Origin: the human T2T-CHM13v2.0 reference genome, Homo sapiens
Assembly: GCF_009914755.1 (NCBI RefSeq)
Contig: NC_060931.1
DNA: 64,000 nt
Direction: 5' to 3' (one strand)
Numbering within the stretch: the stretch's first letter is position 1; each line of letters opens with the position of its first letter. Positions 26,001-38,219 of this stretch are shown piece after piece. The translations under genes and the position numbers were made by a program. The notes beneath the pieces were generated by a model. It made no database searches. It worked only from the letters and a program-made list of their open reading frames with translations, and was not told the origin of the DNA.

Positions 26001-28232
26001 ATAGTTTAACCTTTCTTTTCATAGAGCAGTTTGGAAACACTCTGTTTGTAAAGTCTGCAAGTGGATATATGGACCGCATTGAGGCCTTCGTTGGAACCGG
26101 GATTTCTTCATTTCATGCTAGACAGAAGAATTCTCAGTAACTTCTTTGTGCTGTGTGTATTCAACTCACAGAGTGGAACGTCCCTTTGCACAGAGCAGAT
26201 TTGAAACACTCTTTTTGTGGAGTTTGCAAGTGGAGATTTCAAGCGATTTGATGCCAACAGTAGAAAAGGAAATATCTTCAAATAAAAACTAGACAGAATC
26301 ATTCTCAGGAACTACTTTGTGATGTGTGCCTTCAACTCACAGAGTTTAACCTTTCTTTTCTTAGAGCAGTTTAGAAACACTCTGCTTGTTATGTCTTCAA
26401 GTGGATATTTGGACCTCTTTGAGGCCTTCGTTGCAAACGGGGTTTCTTCCTTTAATGCTAGACTAAGAAGAGTTCTCAGTAACTTTTTTGTGTTGTGTGT
26501 ATTCAACTCACAGAGTTGAACCTTGCTTTAGAGAGAGCAGATTTGAAACACTCTTGCTGTGGAATTTTCAGGTGGAGATTTCAAGCGATTTGAGGACAAT
26601 TGCAGAAAAGGAAATATCTTCGTATAATAACCAGACAGAATCATTCTCAGAAAGTGCTTTGTGATGTGTGCGTTCAACTCACAGAGTTTAACCTTTCTTT
26701 TCATAGAGGAGCTTGGAAACACACTGTTTGTAAAGTCTGCAAGTGGATACATGGACCTGTTTGAGGCCTTCGTTGGAAACGGGATTTCTTCATTGAATGC
26801 TAGACGGAAGAATTCTCAGTAAATTCTTTGTGTTGTGTGCATTCAACTCACAGAGTGGAACGTCCCTTTAGACAGAGCAGATTTGAAACACTCTTTTTGC
26901 GGAATTTGCAAGTGGAGATTTCTAGCCATTTGATGCCAACAGTAGAAAGGGAAATATCTTCAAATAAAAACCAGACAGAATCATTCTCAGAAAATTCTTT
27001 GTGATGTGTGCGTTCAACTCACATAGTTTAACCTTTCTTTTCATAGAGCAGTTTGGAAACACTCTGTTTGTAAAGTCTGCAAGTGGATATATGGACCGCA
27101 TTGAGGCCTTCGTTGGAAACGGGATTTCTTCATTTCATGCTAGACAGAAGAATTCTCAGTAACTTCTTTGTGCTGTGTGTATTCAACTCACAGAGTGGAA
27201 CGTCCCTTTGCACAGAGCAGATTTGAAACACTCTTTTTGTGGAGTTTGCAAGTGGAGATTTCAAGCGATTTGATGCCAACAGTAGAAAAGGAAATATCTT
27301 CAAATAAAAACTAGACAGAATCATTCTCAGAAACTACTTTGTGATGTGTGCCTTCAACTCACAGAGTTTAACCTTTCTTTTCTTAGAGCAGTTTAGAAAC
27401 ACTCTGCTTGTTATGTCTGCAAGTGGATATTTGGACCTCTTTGAGGCCTTCGTTGCAAAAGGGGTTTCTTCCTTTAATGCTAGACTAAGAAGAGTTCTCA
27501 GTAACTTTTTTGTGTTGTGTGTATTCAACTCACAGAGTTGAACCTTGCTTTAGAGAGAGCAGATTTGAAACACTCTTGCTGTGGCATTTTCAGGTGGAGA
27601 TTTCAAGCGATTTGAGGACAATTGCAGAAAAGGAAATATCTTCGTATAATAACCAGACAGAATCATTCTCAGAAAGTGCTTTGTGATGTGTGCGTTCAAC
27701 TCACAGAGTTTAACCTTTCTTTTCATAGAGGAGTTTGGAAACACACTGTTTGTAAAGTCTGCAATTGGATATATGGACCTGTTTGAGGCCTTCGTTGGAA
27801 ACGGGATTTCTTCATTGAATGCTAGACGGAAGAATTCTCAGTAAATTCTTTGTGTTGTGTGCATTCAACTCACAGAGTGGAACGTCCCTTTAGACAGAGC
27901 AGATTTGAAACACTCTTTTTGCGGAATTTGCAAGTGGAGATTTCTAGCCATTTGATGCCAACAGTAGAAAGGGAAATATCTTCAAATAAAAACCAGACAG
28001 AATCATTCTCAGAAAATTCTTTGTGATGTGTGCGTTCAACTCACATAGTTTAACCTTTCTTTTCATAGAGCAGTTTGGAAACACTCTGTTTGTAAAGTCT
28101 GCAAGTGGATATATGGACCGCATTGAGGCCTTCGTTGGAAACGGGATTTCTTCATTTCATGCTAGACAGAAGAATTCTCAGTAACTTCTTTGTGCTGTGT
28201 GTATTCAACTCACAGAGTGGAACGTCCCTTTG
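20057..28232 (+). repeat. Tandem duplication of a 4-HOR block (period 4088 bp)
   Basis: Shared rare variants at 4088-bp offsets: AAATGAAA ~20136/24224, TTTCCAAG ~20776/24864, GTCTTCAAG ~22309/26397, GGATACATGG ~22662/26750, GCAAAAGGG 23372/27460. Confidence 0.9.
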
Positions 28233-31200
28233 CACAGAGCAGATTTGAAACACTCTTTTTGTGGAGTTTGCAAGTGGAGATTTCAAGCGATTTGATGCCA
28301 ACAGTAGAAAAGGAAATATCTTCAAATAAAAACTAGACAGAATCATTCTCAGAAACTACTTTGTGATGTGTGCCTTCAACTCACAGAGTTTAACCTTTCT
28401 TTTCTTAGAGCAGTTTAGAAACACTCTGCTTGTTATGTCTGCAAGTGGATATTTGGACCTCTTTGAGGCCTTCGTTGCAAACGGGGTTTCTTCCTTTCAT
28501 GCTAGACTAAGAAGAGTTCTCAGTAACTTTTTTGTGTTGTGTGTATTCAACTCACAGAGTTGAACCTTGCTTTAGAGAGAGCAGATTTGAAACACTCTTG
28601 CTGTGGCATTTTCAGGTGGAGATTTCAAGCGATTTGAGGACAATTGCAGAAAAGGAAATATCTTCGTATAATAACCAGACAGAATCATTCTCAGAAAGTG
28701 CTTTGTGATGTGTGCGTTCAACTCACAGAGTTTAACCTTTCTTTTCATAGAGGAGTTTGGAAACACACTGTTTGTAAAGTCTGCAATTGGATATATGTAC
28801 CTGTTTGAGGCCTTCGTTGGAAACGGGATTTCTTCATTGAATGCTAGACGGAAGAATTCTCAGTAAATTCTTTGTGTTGTGTGCATTCAACTCACAGAGT
28901 GGAACGTCCCTTTAGACAGAGCAGATTTGAAACACTCTTTTTGTGGAATTTGCAAGTGGAGATTTCTAGCCATTTGATGCCAACAGTAGAAAGGGAAATA
29001 TCTTCAAATAAAAACCAGACAGAATCATTCTCAGAAAATTCTTTGTGATGTGTGCGTTCAACTCACATAGTTTAACCTTTCTTTTCATAGAGCAGTTTGG
29101 AAACACTCTGTTTGTAAAGTCTGCAAGTGGATATATGGACCGCATTGAGGCCTTCGTTGGAACCGGGATTTCTTCATTTCATGCTAGACAGAAGAATTCT
29201 CAGTAACTTCTTTGTGCTGTGTGTATTCAACTCACAGAGTGGAACGTCCCTTTGCACAGAGCAGATTTGAAACACTCTTTTTGTGGAGTTTGCAAGTGGA
29301 GATTTCAAGCGATTTGATGCCAACAGTAGAAAATGAAATATCTTCAAATAAAAACTAGACAGAATCATTCTCAGAAACTACTTTGTGATGTGTGCCTTCA
29401 ACTCACAGAGTTTAACCTTTCTTTTCTTAGAGCAGTTTAGAAACACTCTGCTTGTTATGTCTGCAAGTGGATATTTGGACCTCTTTGAGGCCTTCGTTGC
29501 AAACGGGGTTTCTTCCTTTAATGCTAGACTAAGAAGAGTTCTCAGTAACTTTTTTGTGTTGTGTGTATTCAACTCACAGAGTTGAACCTTGCTTTAGAGA
29601 GAGCAGATTTGAAACACTCTCGCTGTGGAATTTTCAGGTGGAGATTTCAAACGATTTGAGGACAATTGCAGAAAAGGAAATATCTTCGTATAATAACCAG
29701 ACAGAATCATTCTCAGAAAGTGCTTTGTGATGTGTGCGTTCAACTCACAGAGTTTAACCATTCTTTTCATAGAGGAGCTTGGAAACACACTGTTTGTAAA
29801 GTCTGCAATTGGATATATGGACCTGTTTGAGGCCTCCGTTGGAAACGGGATTTCTTCATTGAATGCTAGACGGAAGAATTCTCAGTAAATTCTTTGTGTT
29901 GTGTGCATTGAACACAGAGAGTGGAACGTCCCTTTAGACAGAGCAGATTTGAAACACTCTTTTTGCGGAATTTGCAAGTGGAGATTTCTAGCCATTTGAT
30001 GTCAACAGTAGAAAGGGAAATATCTTCAAATAAAAACCAGACAGAATCATTCTCAGAAAATTCTTTGTGATGTGTGCGTTCAACTCACATAGTTTAACCT
30101 TTCTTTTCATAGAGCAGTTTGGAAACACTCTGTTTGTAAAGTCTGCAAGTGGATATATGGACCGCATTGAGGCCTTCGTTGGAAACGGGATTTCTTCATT
30201 TCATGCTAGACAGAAGAATTCTCAGTAACTTCTTTGTGCTGTGTGTATTCAACTCACAGAGTGGAACGTCCCTTTACACAGAGCAGATTTGAAACACTCT
30301 TTTTGTGGAGTTTGCAAGTGGAGATTTCAAGCGATTTGATGCCAACAGTAGAAAAGGAAATATCTTCAAATAAAAACTAGACAGAATCATTCTCAGAAAC
30401 TACTTTGTGATGTGTGCCTTTAACTCACAGAGTTTAACCTTTCTTTTCTTAGAGCAGTTTAGAAACACTCTGCTTGTTATGTCTGCAAGTGGATATTTGG
30501 ACCTCTTTGAGGCCTTCGTTGCAAACGGGGTTTCTTCCTTTCATGCTAGACTAAGAAGAGTTCTCAGTAACTTTTTTGTGTTGTGTGTATTCAACTCACA
30601 GAGTTGAACCTTGCTTTAGAGAGAGCAGATTTGAAACACTCTTGCTGTGGCATTTTCAGGTGGAGATTTCAAGCGATTTGAGGACAATTGCAGAAAAGGA
30701 AATATCTTCGTATAATAACCAGACAGAATCATTCTCAGAAAGTGCTTTGTGATGTGTGCGTTCAACTCACAGAGTTTAACCTTTCTTTTCATAGAGGAGT
30801 TTGGAAACACACTGTTTGTAAAGTCTGCAATTGGATATATGGACCTGTTTGAGGCCTCCGTTGGAAACGGGATTTCTTCATTGAATGCTAGACGGAAGAA
30901 TTCTCAGTAAATTCTTTGTGTTGTGTGCATTCAACTCAGAGAGTGGAACGTCCCTTTAGACAGAGCAGATTTGAAACACTCTTTTTGCGGAATTTGCAAG
31001 TGGAGATTTCTAGCCATTTGATGCCAACAGTAGAAAGGGAAATATCTTCAAATAAAAACCAGACAGAATCATTCTCAGAAAATTCTTTGTGATGTGTGCG
31101 TTCAACTCACATAGTTTAACCTTTCTTTTCATAGAGCAGTTTGGAAACACTCTGTTTGTAAAGTCTGCAAGTGGATATATGGACCGCATTGAGGCCTTCG

Positions 31201-32767
31201 TTGGAAACGGGATTTCTTCATTTCATGCTAGACAGAAGAATTCTCAGTAACTTCTTTGTGCTGTGTGTATTCAACTCACAGAGTGGAACGTCCCTTTGCA
31301 CAGAGCAGATTTGAAACACTCTTTTTGTGGAGTTTGCAAGTGGAGATTTCAAGCGATTTGATGCCAACAGTAGAAAAGGAAATATCTTCAAATAAAAACT
31401 AGACAGAATCATTCTCAGGAACTACTTTGTGATGTGTGCCTTCAACTCACGGAGTTTAACCTTTCTTTTCTTAGAGCAGTTTAGAAACACTCTGCTTGTT
31501 ATGTCTGCAAGTGGATATTTGGACCTCTTTGAGGCCTTCGTTGCAAACGGGGTTTCTTCCTTTAATGCTAGACTAAGAAGAGTTCTCAGTAACTTTTTTG
31601 TGTTGTGTGTATTCAACTCACAGAGTTGAACCTTGCTTTAGAGAGAGCAGATTTGAAACACTCTTGCTGTGGAATTTTCAGGTGGAGATTTCAAGCGATT
31701 TGAGGACAATTGCAGAAAAGGAAATATCTTCGTATAATAACCAGACAGAATCATTCTCAGAAAGTGCTTTGTGATGTGTGCGTTCAACTCACAGAGTTTA
31801 ACCTTTCGTTTCATAGAGGAGCTTGGAAACACACTGTTTGTAAAGTCTGCAATTGGATATATGGACCTGTTTGAGGCCTCCGTTGGAAACGGGATTTCTT
31901 CATTGAATGCTAGACGGAAGAATTCTCAGTAAATTCTTTGTGTTGTGTGCATTGAACTCACAGAGTGGAACGTCCCTTTAGACAGAGCAGATTTGAAACA
32001 CTCTTTTTGCGGAATTTGCAAGTGGAGATTTCTAGCCATTTGATGCCAACAGTAGAAAGGGAAATATCTTCAAATAAAAACCAGACAGAATCATTCTCAG
32101 AAAATTCTTTGTGATGTGTGCGTTCAACTCACATAGTTTAACCTTTCTTTTCATAGAGCAGTTTGGAAACACTCTGTTTGTAAAGTCTGCAAGTGGATAT
32201 ATGGACCGCATTGAGGCCTTCGTTGGAAACGGGATTTCTTCATTTCATGCTAGACAGAAGAATTCTCAGTAACTTCTTTGTGCTGTGTGTATTCAACTCA
32301 CAGAGTGGAACGTCCCTTTGCACAGAGCAGATTTGAAACACTCTTTTTGTGGAGTTTGCAAGTGGAGATTTCAAGCGATTTGATGCCAACAGTAGAAAAG
32401 GAAATATCTTCAAATAAAAACTAGACAGAATCATTCTCAGAAACTACTTTGTGATGTGTGCCTTCATCTCACAGAGTTTAACCTTTCTTTTCTTAGAGCA
32501 GTTTAGAAACACTCTGCTTGTTATGTCTGCAAGTGGATATTTGGACCTCTTTGAGGCCTTCGTTGCAAACGGGGTTTCTTCCTTTAATGCTAGACTAAGA
32601 AGAGTTCTCAGTAACTTTTTTGTGTTGTGTGTATTCAACTCACAGAGTTGAACCTTGCTTTAGAGAGAGCAGATTTGAAACACTCTTGCTGTGGCATTTT
32701 CAGGTGGAGATTTCAAGCGATTTGAGGACAATTGCAGAAAAGGAAATATCTTCGTATAATAACCAGA

Positions 32768-33449
32768 CAGAATCATTCTCAGAAAATTCTTTGTGATGTG
32801 TGCGTTCAACTCACATAGTTTAACCTTTCTTTTCATAGAGCAGTTTGGAAACACTCTGTTTGTAAAGTCTGCAAGTGGATATATGGACCGCATTGAGGCC
32901 TTCGTTGGAACCGGGATTTCTTCATTTCATGCTAGACAGAAGAATTCTCAGTAACTTCTTTGTGCTGTGTGTATTCAACTCACAGAGTGGAACGTCCCTT
33001 TGCACAGAGCAGATTTGAAACACTCTTTTTGTGGAGTTTGCAAGTGGAGATTTCAAGCGATTTGATGCCAACAGTAGAAAAGGAAATATCTTCAAATAAA
33101 AACTAGACAGAATCATTCTCAGGAACTACTTTGTGATGTGTGCCTTCAACTCACAGAGTTTAACCTTTCTTTTCTTAGAGCAGTTTAGAAACACTCTGCT
33201 TGTTATGTCTTCAAGTGGATATTTGGACCTCTTTGAGGCCTTCGTTGCAAACGGGGTTTCTTCCTTTAATGCTAGACTAAGAAGAGTTCTCAGTAACTTT
33301 TTTGTGTTGTGTGTATTCAACTCACAGAGTTGAACCTTGCTTTAGAGAGAGCAGATTTGAAACACTCTTGCTGTGGAATTTTCAGGTGGAGATTTCAAGC
33401 GATTTGAGGACAATTGCAGAAAAGGAAATATCTTCGTATAATAACCAGA
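32768..33449 (+). repeat. 4-mer (682 bp) HOR structural variant lacking dimer A, copy 1
   Basis: The C-dimer end (CTTCGTATAATAACC) is followed directly by the B start (AGAAAATTC). ORF spacing 32451 to 33133 is 682 bp. Confidence 0.95.
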
Positions 33450-36400
33450 CAGAATCATTCTCAGAAAGTGCTTTGTGATGTGTGCGTTCAACTCACAGAG
33501 TTTAACCTTTCTTTTCATAGAGGAGCTTGGAAACACACTGTTTGTAAAGTCTGCAAGTGGATACATGGACCTGTTTGAGGCCTTCGTTGGAAACGGGATT
33601 TCTTCATTGAATGCTAGACGGAAGAATTCTCAGTAAATTCTTTGTGTTGTGTGCATTCAACTCACAGAGTGGAACGTCCCTTTAGACAGAGCAGATTTGA
33701 AACACTCTTTTTGCGGAATTTGCAAGTGGAGATTTCTAGCCATTTGATGCCAACAGTAGAAAGGGAAATATCTTCAAATAAAAACCAGACAGAATCATTC
33801 TCAGAAAATTCTTTGTGATGTGTGCGTTCAACTCACATAGTTTAACCTTTCTTTTCATAGAGCAGTTTGGAAACACTCTGTTTGTAAAGTCTGCAAGTGG
33901 ATATATGGACCGCATTGAGGCCTTCGTTGGAAACGGGATTTCTTCATTTCATGCTAGACAGAAGAATTCTCAGTAACTTCTTTGTGCTGTGTGTATTCAA
34001 CTCACAGAGTGGAACGTCCCTTTGCACAGAGCAGATTTGAAACACTCTTTTTGTGGAGTTTGCAAGTGGAGATTTCAAGCGATTTGATGCCAACAGTAGA
34101 AAATGAAATATCTTCAAATAAAAACTAGACAGAATCATTCTCAGAAACTACTTTGTGATGTGTGCCTTCAACTCACAGAGTTTAACCTTTCTTTTCTTAG
34201 AGCAGTTTAGAAACACTCTGCTTGTTATGTCTGCAAGTGGATATTTGGACCTCTTTGAGGCCTTCGTTGCAAACGGGGTTTCTTCCTTTCATGCTAGACT
34301 AAGAAGAGTTCTCAGTAACTTTTTTGTGTTGTGTGTATTCAACTCACAGAGTTGAACCTTGCTTTAGAGAGAGCAGATTTGAAACACTCTCGCTGTGGAA
34401 TTTTCAGGTGGAGATTTCAAACGATTTGAGGACAATTGCAGAAAAGGAAATATCTTCGTATAATAACCAGACAGAATCATTCTCAGAAAGTGCTTTGTGA
34501 TGTGTGCGTTCAACTCACAGAGTTTAACCTTTCTTTTCATAGAGGAGTTTGGAAACACACTGTTTGTAAAGTCTGCAATTGGATATATGGACCTGTTTGA
34601 GGCCTCCGTTGGAAACGGGATTTCTTCATTGAATGCTAGACGGAAGAATTCTCAGTAAATTCTTTGTGTTGTGTGCATTCAACTCACAGAGTGGAACGTC
34701 CCTTTAGACAGAGCAGATTTGAAACACTCTTTTTGCGGAATTTGCAAGTGGAGATTTCTAGCCATTTGATGCCAACAGTAGAAAGGGAAATATCTTCAAA
34801 TAAAAACCAGACAGAATCATTCTCAGAAAATTCTTTGTGATGTGTGCGTTCAACTCACATAGTTTAACCTTTCTTTTCATAGAGCAGTTTGGAAACACTC
34901 TGTTTGTAAAGTCTGCAAGTGGATATATGGACCGCATTGAGGCCTTCGTTGGAAACGGGATTTCTTCATTTCATGCTAGACAGAAGAATTCTCAGTAACT
35001 TCTTTGTGCTGTGTGTATTCAACTCACAGAGTGGAACGTCCCTTTACACAGAGCAGATTTGAAACACTCTTTTTGTGGAGTTTGCAAGTGGAGATTTCAA
35101 GCGATTTGATGCCAACAGTAGAAAAGGAAATATCTTCAAATAAAAACTAGACAGAATCATTCTCAGAAACTACTTTGTGATGTGTGCCTTTAACTCACAG
35201 AGTTTAACCTTTCTTTTCTTAGAGCAGTTTAGAAACACTCTGCTTGTTATGTCTGCAAGTGGATATTTGGACCTCTTTGAGGCCTTCGTTGCAAACGGGG
35301 TTTCTTCCTTTCATGCTAGACTAAGAAGAGTTCTCAGTAACTTTTTTGTGTTGTGTGTATTCAACTCACAGAGTTGAACCTTGCTTTAGAGAGAGCAGAT
35401 TTGAAACACTCTTGCTGTGGCATTTTCAGGTGGAGATTTCAAGCGATTTGAGGACAATTGCAGAAAAGGAAATATCTTCGTATAATAACCAGACAGAATC
35501 ATTCTCAGAAAGTGCTTTGTGATGTGTGCGTTCAACTCACAGAGTTTAACCTTTCTTTTCATAGAGGAGTTTGGAAACACACTGTTTGTAAAGTCTGCAA
35601 TTGGATATATGGACCTGTTTGAGGCCTCCGTTGGAAACGGGATTTCTTCATTGAATGCTAGACGGAAGAATTCTCAGTAAATTCTTTGTGTTGTGTGCAT
35701 TCAACTCAGAGAGTGGAACGTCCCTTTAGACAGAGCAGATTTGAAACACTCTTTTTGCGGAATTTGCAAGTGGAGATTTCTAGCCATTTGATGCCAACAG
35801 TAGAAAGGGAAATATCTTCAAATAAAAACCAGACAGAATCATTCTCAGAAAATTCTTTGTGATGTGTGCGTTCAACTCACATAGTTTAACCTTTCTTTTC
35901 ATAGAGCAGTTTGGAAACACTCTGTTTGTAAAGTCTGCAAGTGGATATATGGACCGCATTGAGGCCTTCGTTGGAAACGGGATTTCTTCATTTCATGCTA
36001 GACAGAAGAATTCTCAGTAACTTCTTTGTGCTGTGTGTATTCAACTCACAGAGTGGAACGTCCCTTTGCACAGAGCAGATTTGAAACACTCTTTTTGTGG
36101 AGTTTGCAAGTGGAGATTTCAAGCGATTTGATGCCAACAGTAGAAAAGGAAATATCTTCAAATAAAAACTAGACAGAATCATTCTCAGGAACTACTTTGT
36201 GATGTGTGCCTTCAACTCACGGAGTTTAACCTTTCTTTTCTTAGAGCAGTTTAGAAACACTCTGCTTGTTATGTCTGCAAGTGGATATTTGGACCTCTTT
36301 GAGGCCTTCGTTGCAAACGGGGTTTCTTCCTTTAATGCTAGACTAAGAAGAGTTCTCAGTAACTTTTTTGTGTTGTGTGTATTCAACTCACAGAGTTGAA

Positions 36401-37537
36401 CCTTGCTTTAGAGAGAGCAGATTTGAAACACTCTTGCTGTGGAATTTTCAGGTGGAGATTTCAAGCGATTTGAGGACAATTGCAGAAAAGGAAATATCTT
36501 CGTATAATAACCAGACAGAATCATTCTCAGAAAGTGCTTTGTGATGTGTGCGTTCAACTCACAGAGTTTAACCTTTCGTTTCATAGAGGAGCTTGGAAAC
36601 ACACTGTTTGTAAAGTCTGCAATTGGATATATGGACCTGTTTGAGGCCTCCGTTGGAAACGGGATTTCTTCATTGAATGCTAGACGGAAGAATTCTCAGT
36701 AAATTCTTTGTGTTGTGTGCATTGAACTCACAGAGTGGAACGTCCCTTTAGACAGAGCAGATTTGAAACACTCTTTTTGCGGAATTTGCAAGTGGAGATT
36801 TCTAGCCATTTGATGCCAACAGTAGAAAGGGAAATATCTTCAAATAAAAACCAGACAGAATCATTCTCAGAAAATTCTTTGTGATGTGTGCGTTCAACTC
36901 ACATAGTTTAACCTTTCTTTTCATAGAGCAGTTTGGAAACACTCTGTTTGTAAAGTCTGCAAGTGGATATATGGACCGCATTGAGGCCTTCGTTGGAAAC
37001 GGGATTTCTTCATTTCATGCTAGACAGAAGAATTCTCAGTAACTTCTTTGTGCTGTGTGTATTCAACTCACAGAGTGGAACGTCCCTTTGCACAGAGCAG
37101 ATTTGAAACACTCTTTTTGTGGAGTTTGCAAGTGGAGATTTCAAGCGATTTGATGCCAACAGTAGAAAAGGAAATATCTTCAAATAAAAACTAGACAGAA
37201 TCATTCTCAGAAACTACTTTGTGATGTGTGCCTTCATCTCACAGAGTTTAACCTTTCTTTTCTTAGAGCAGTTTAGAAACACTCTGCTTGTTATGTCTGC
37301 AAGTGGATATTTGGACCTCTTTGAGGCCTTCGTTGCAAACGGGGTTTCTTCCTTTAATGCTAGACTAAGAAGAGTTCTCAGTAACTTTTTTGTGTTGTGT
37401 GTATTCAACTCACAGAGTTGAACCTTGCTTTAGAGAGAGCAGATTTGAAACACTCTTGCTGTGGCATTTTCAGGTGGAGATTTCAAGCGATTTGAGGACA
37501 ATTGCAGAAAAGGAAATATCTTCGTATAATAACCAGA

Positions 37538-38219
37538 CAGAATCATTCTCAGAAAATTCTTTGTGATGTGTGCGTTCAACTCACATAGTTTAACCTTTCT
37601 TTTCATAGAGCAGTTTGGAAACACTCTGTTTGTAAAGTCTGCAAGTGGATATATGGACCGCATTGAGGCCTTCGTTGGAACCGGGATTTCTTCATTTCAT
37701 GCTAGACAGAAGAATTCTCAGTAACTTCTTTGTGCTGTGTGTATTCAACTCACAGAGTGGAACGTCCCTTTGCACAGAGCAGATTTGAAACACTCTTTTT
37801 GTGGAGTTTGCAAGTGGAGATTTCAAGCGATTTGATGCCAACAGTAGAAAAGGAAATATCTTCAAATAAAAACTAGACAGAATCATTCTCAGGAACTACT
37901 TTGTGATGTGTGCCTTCAACTCACAGAGTTTAACCTTTCTTTTCTTAGAGCAGTTTAGAAACACTCTGCTTGTTATGTCTTCAAGTGGATATTTGGACCT
38001 CTTTGAGGCCTTCGTTGCAAACGGGGTTTCTTCCTTTCATGCTAGACTAAGAAGAGTTCTCAGTAACTTTTTTGTGTTGTGTGTATTCAACTCACAGAGT
38101 TGAACCTTGCTTTAGAGAGAGCAGATTTGAAACACTCTTGCTGTGGAATTTTCAGGTGGAGATTTCAAGCGATTTGAGGACAATTGCAGAAAAGGAAATA
38201 TCTTCGTATAATAACCAGA
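37538..38219 (+). repeat. 4-mer (682 bp) HOR structural variant lacking dimer A, copy 2
   Basis: Same junction at 37531-37555. ORF spacing 37221 to 37903 is 682 bp. Confidence 0.95.
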
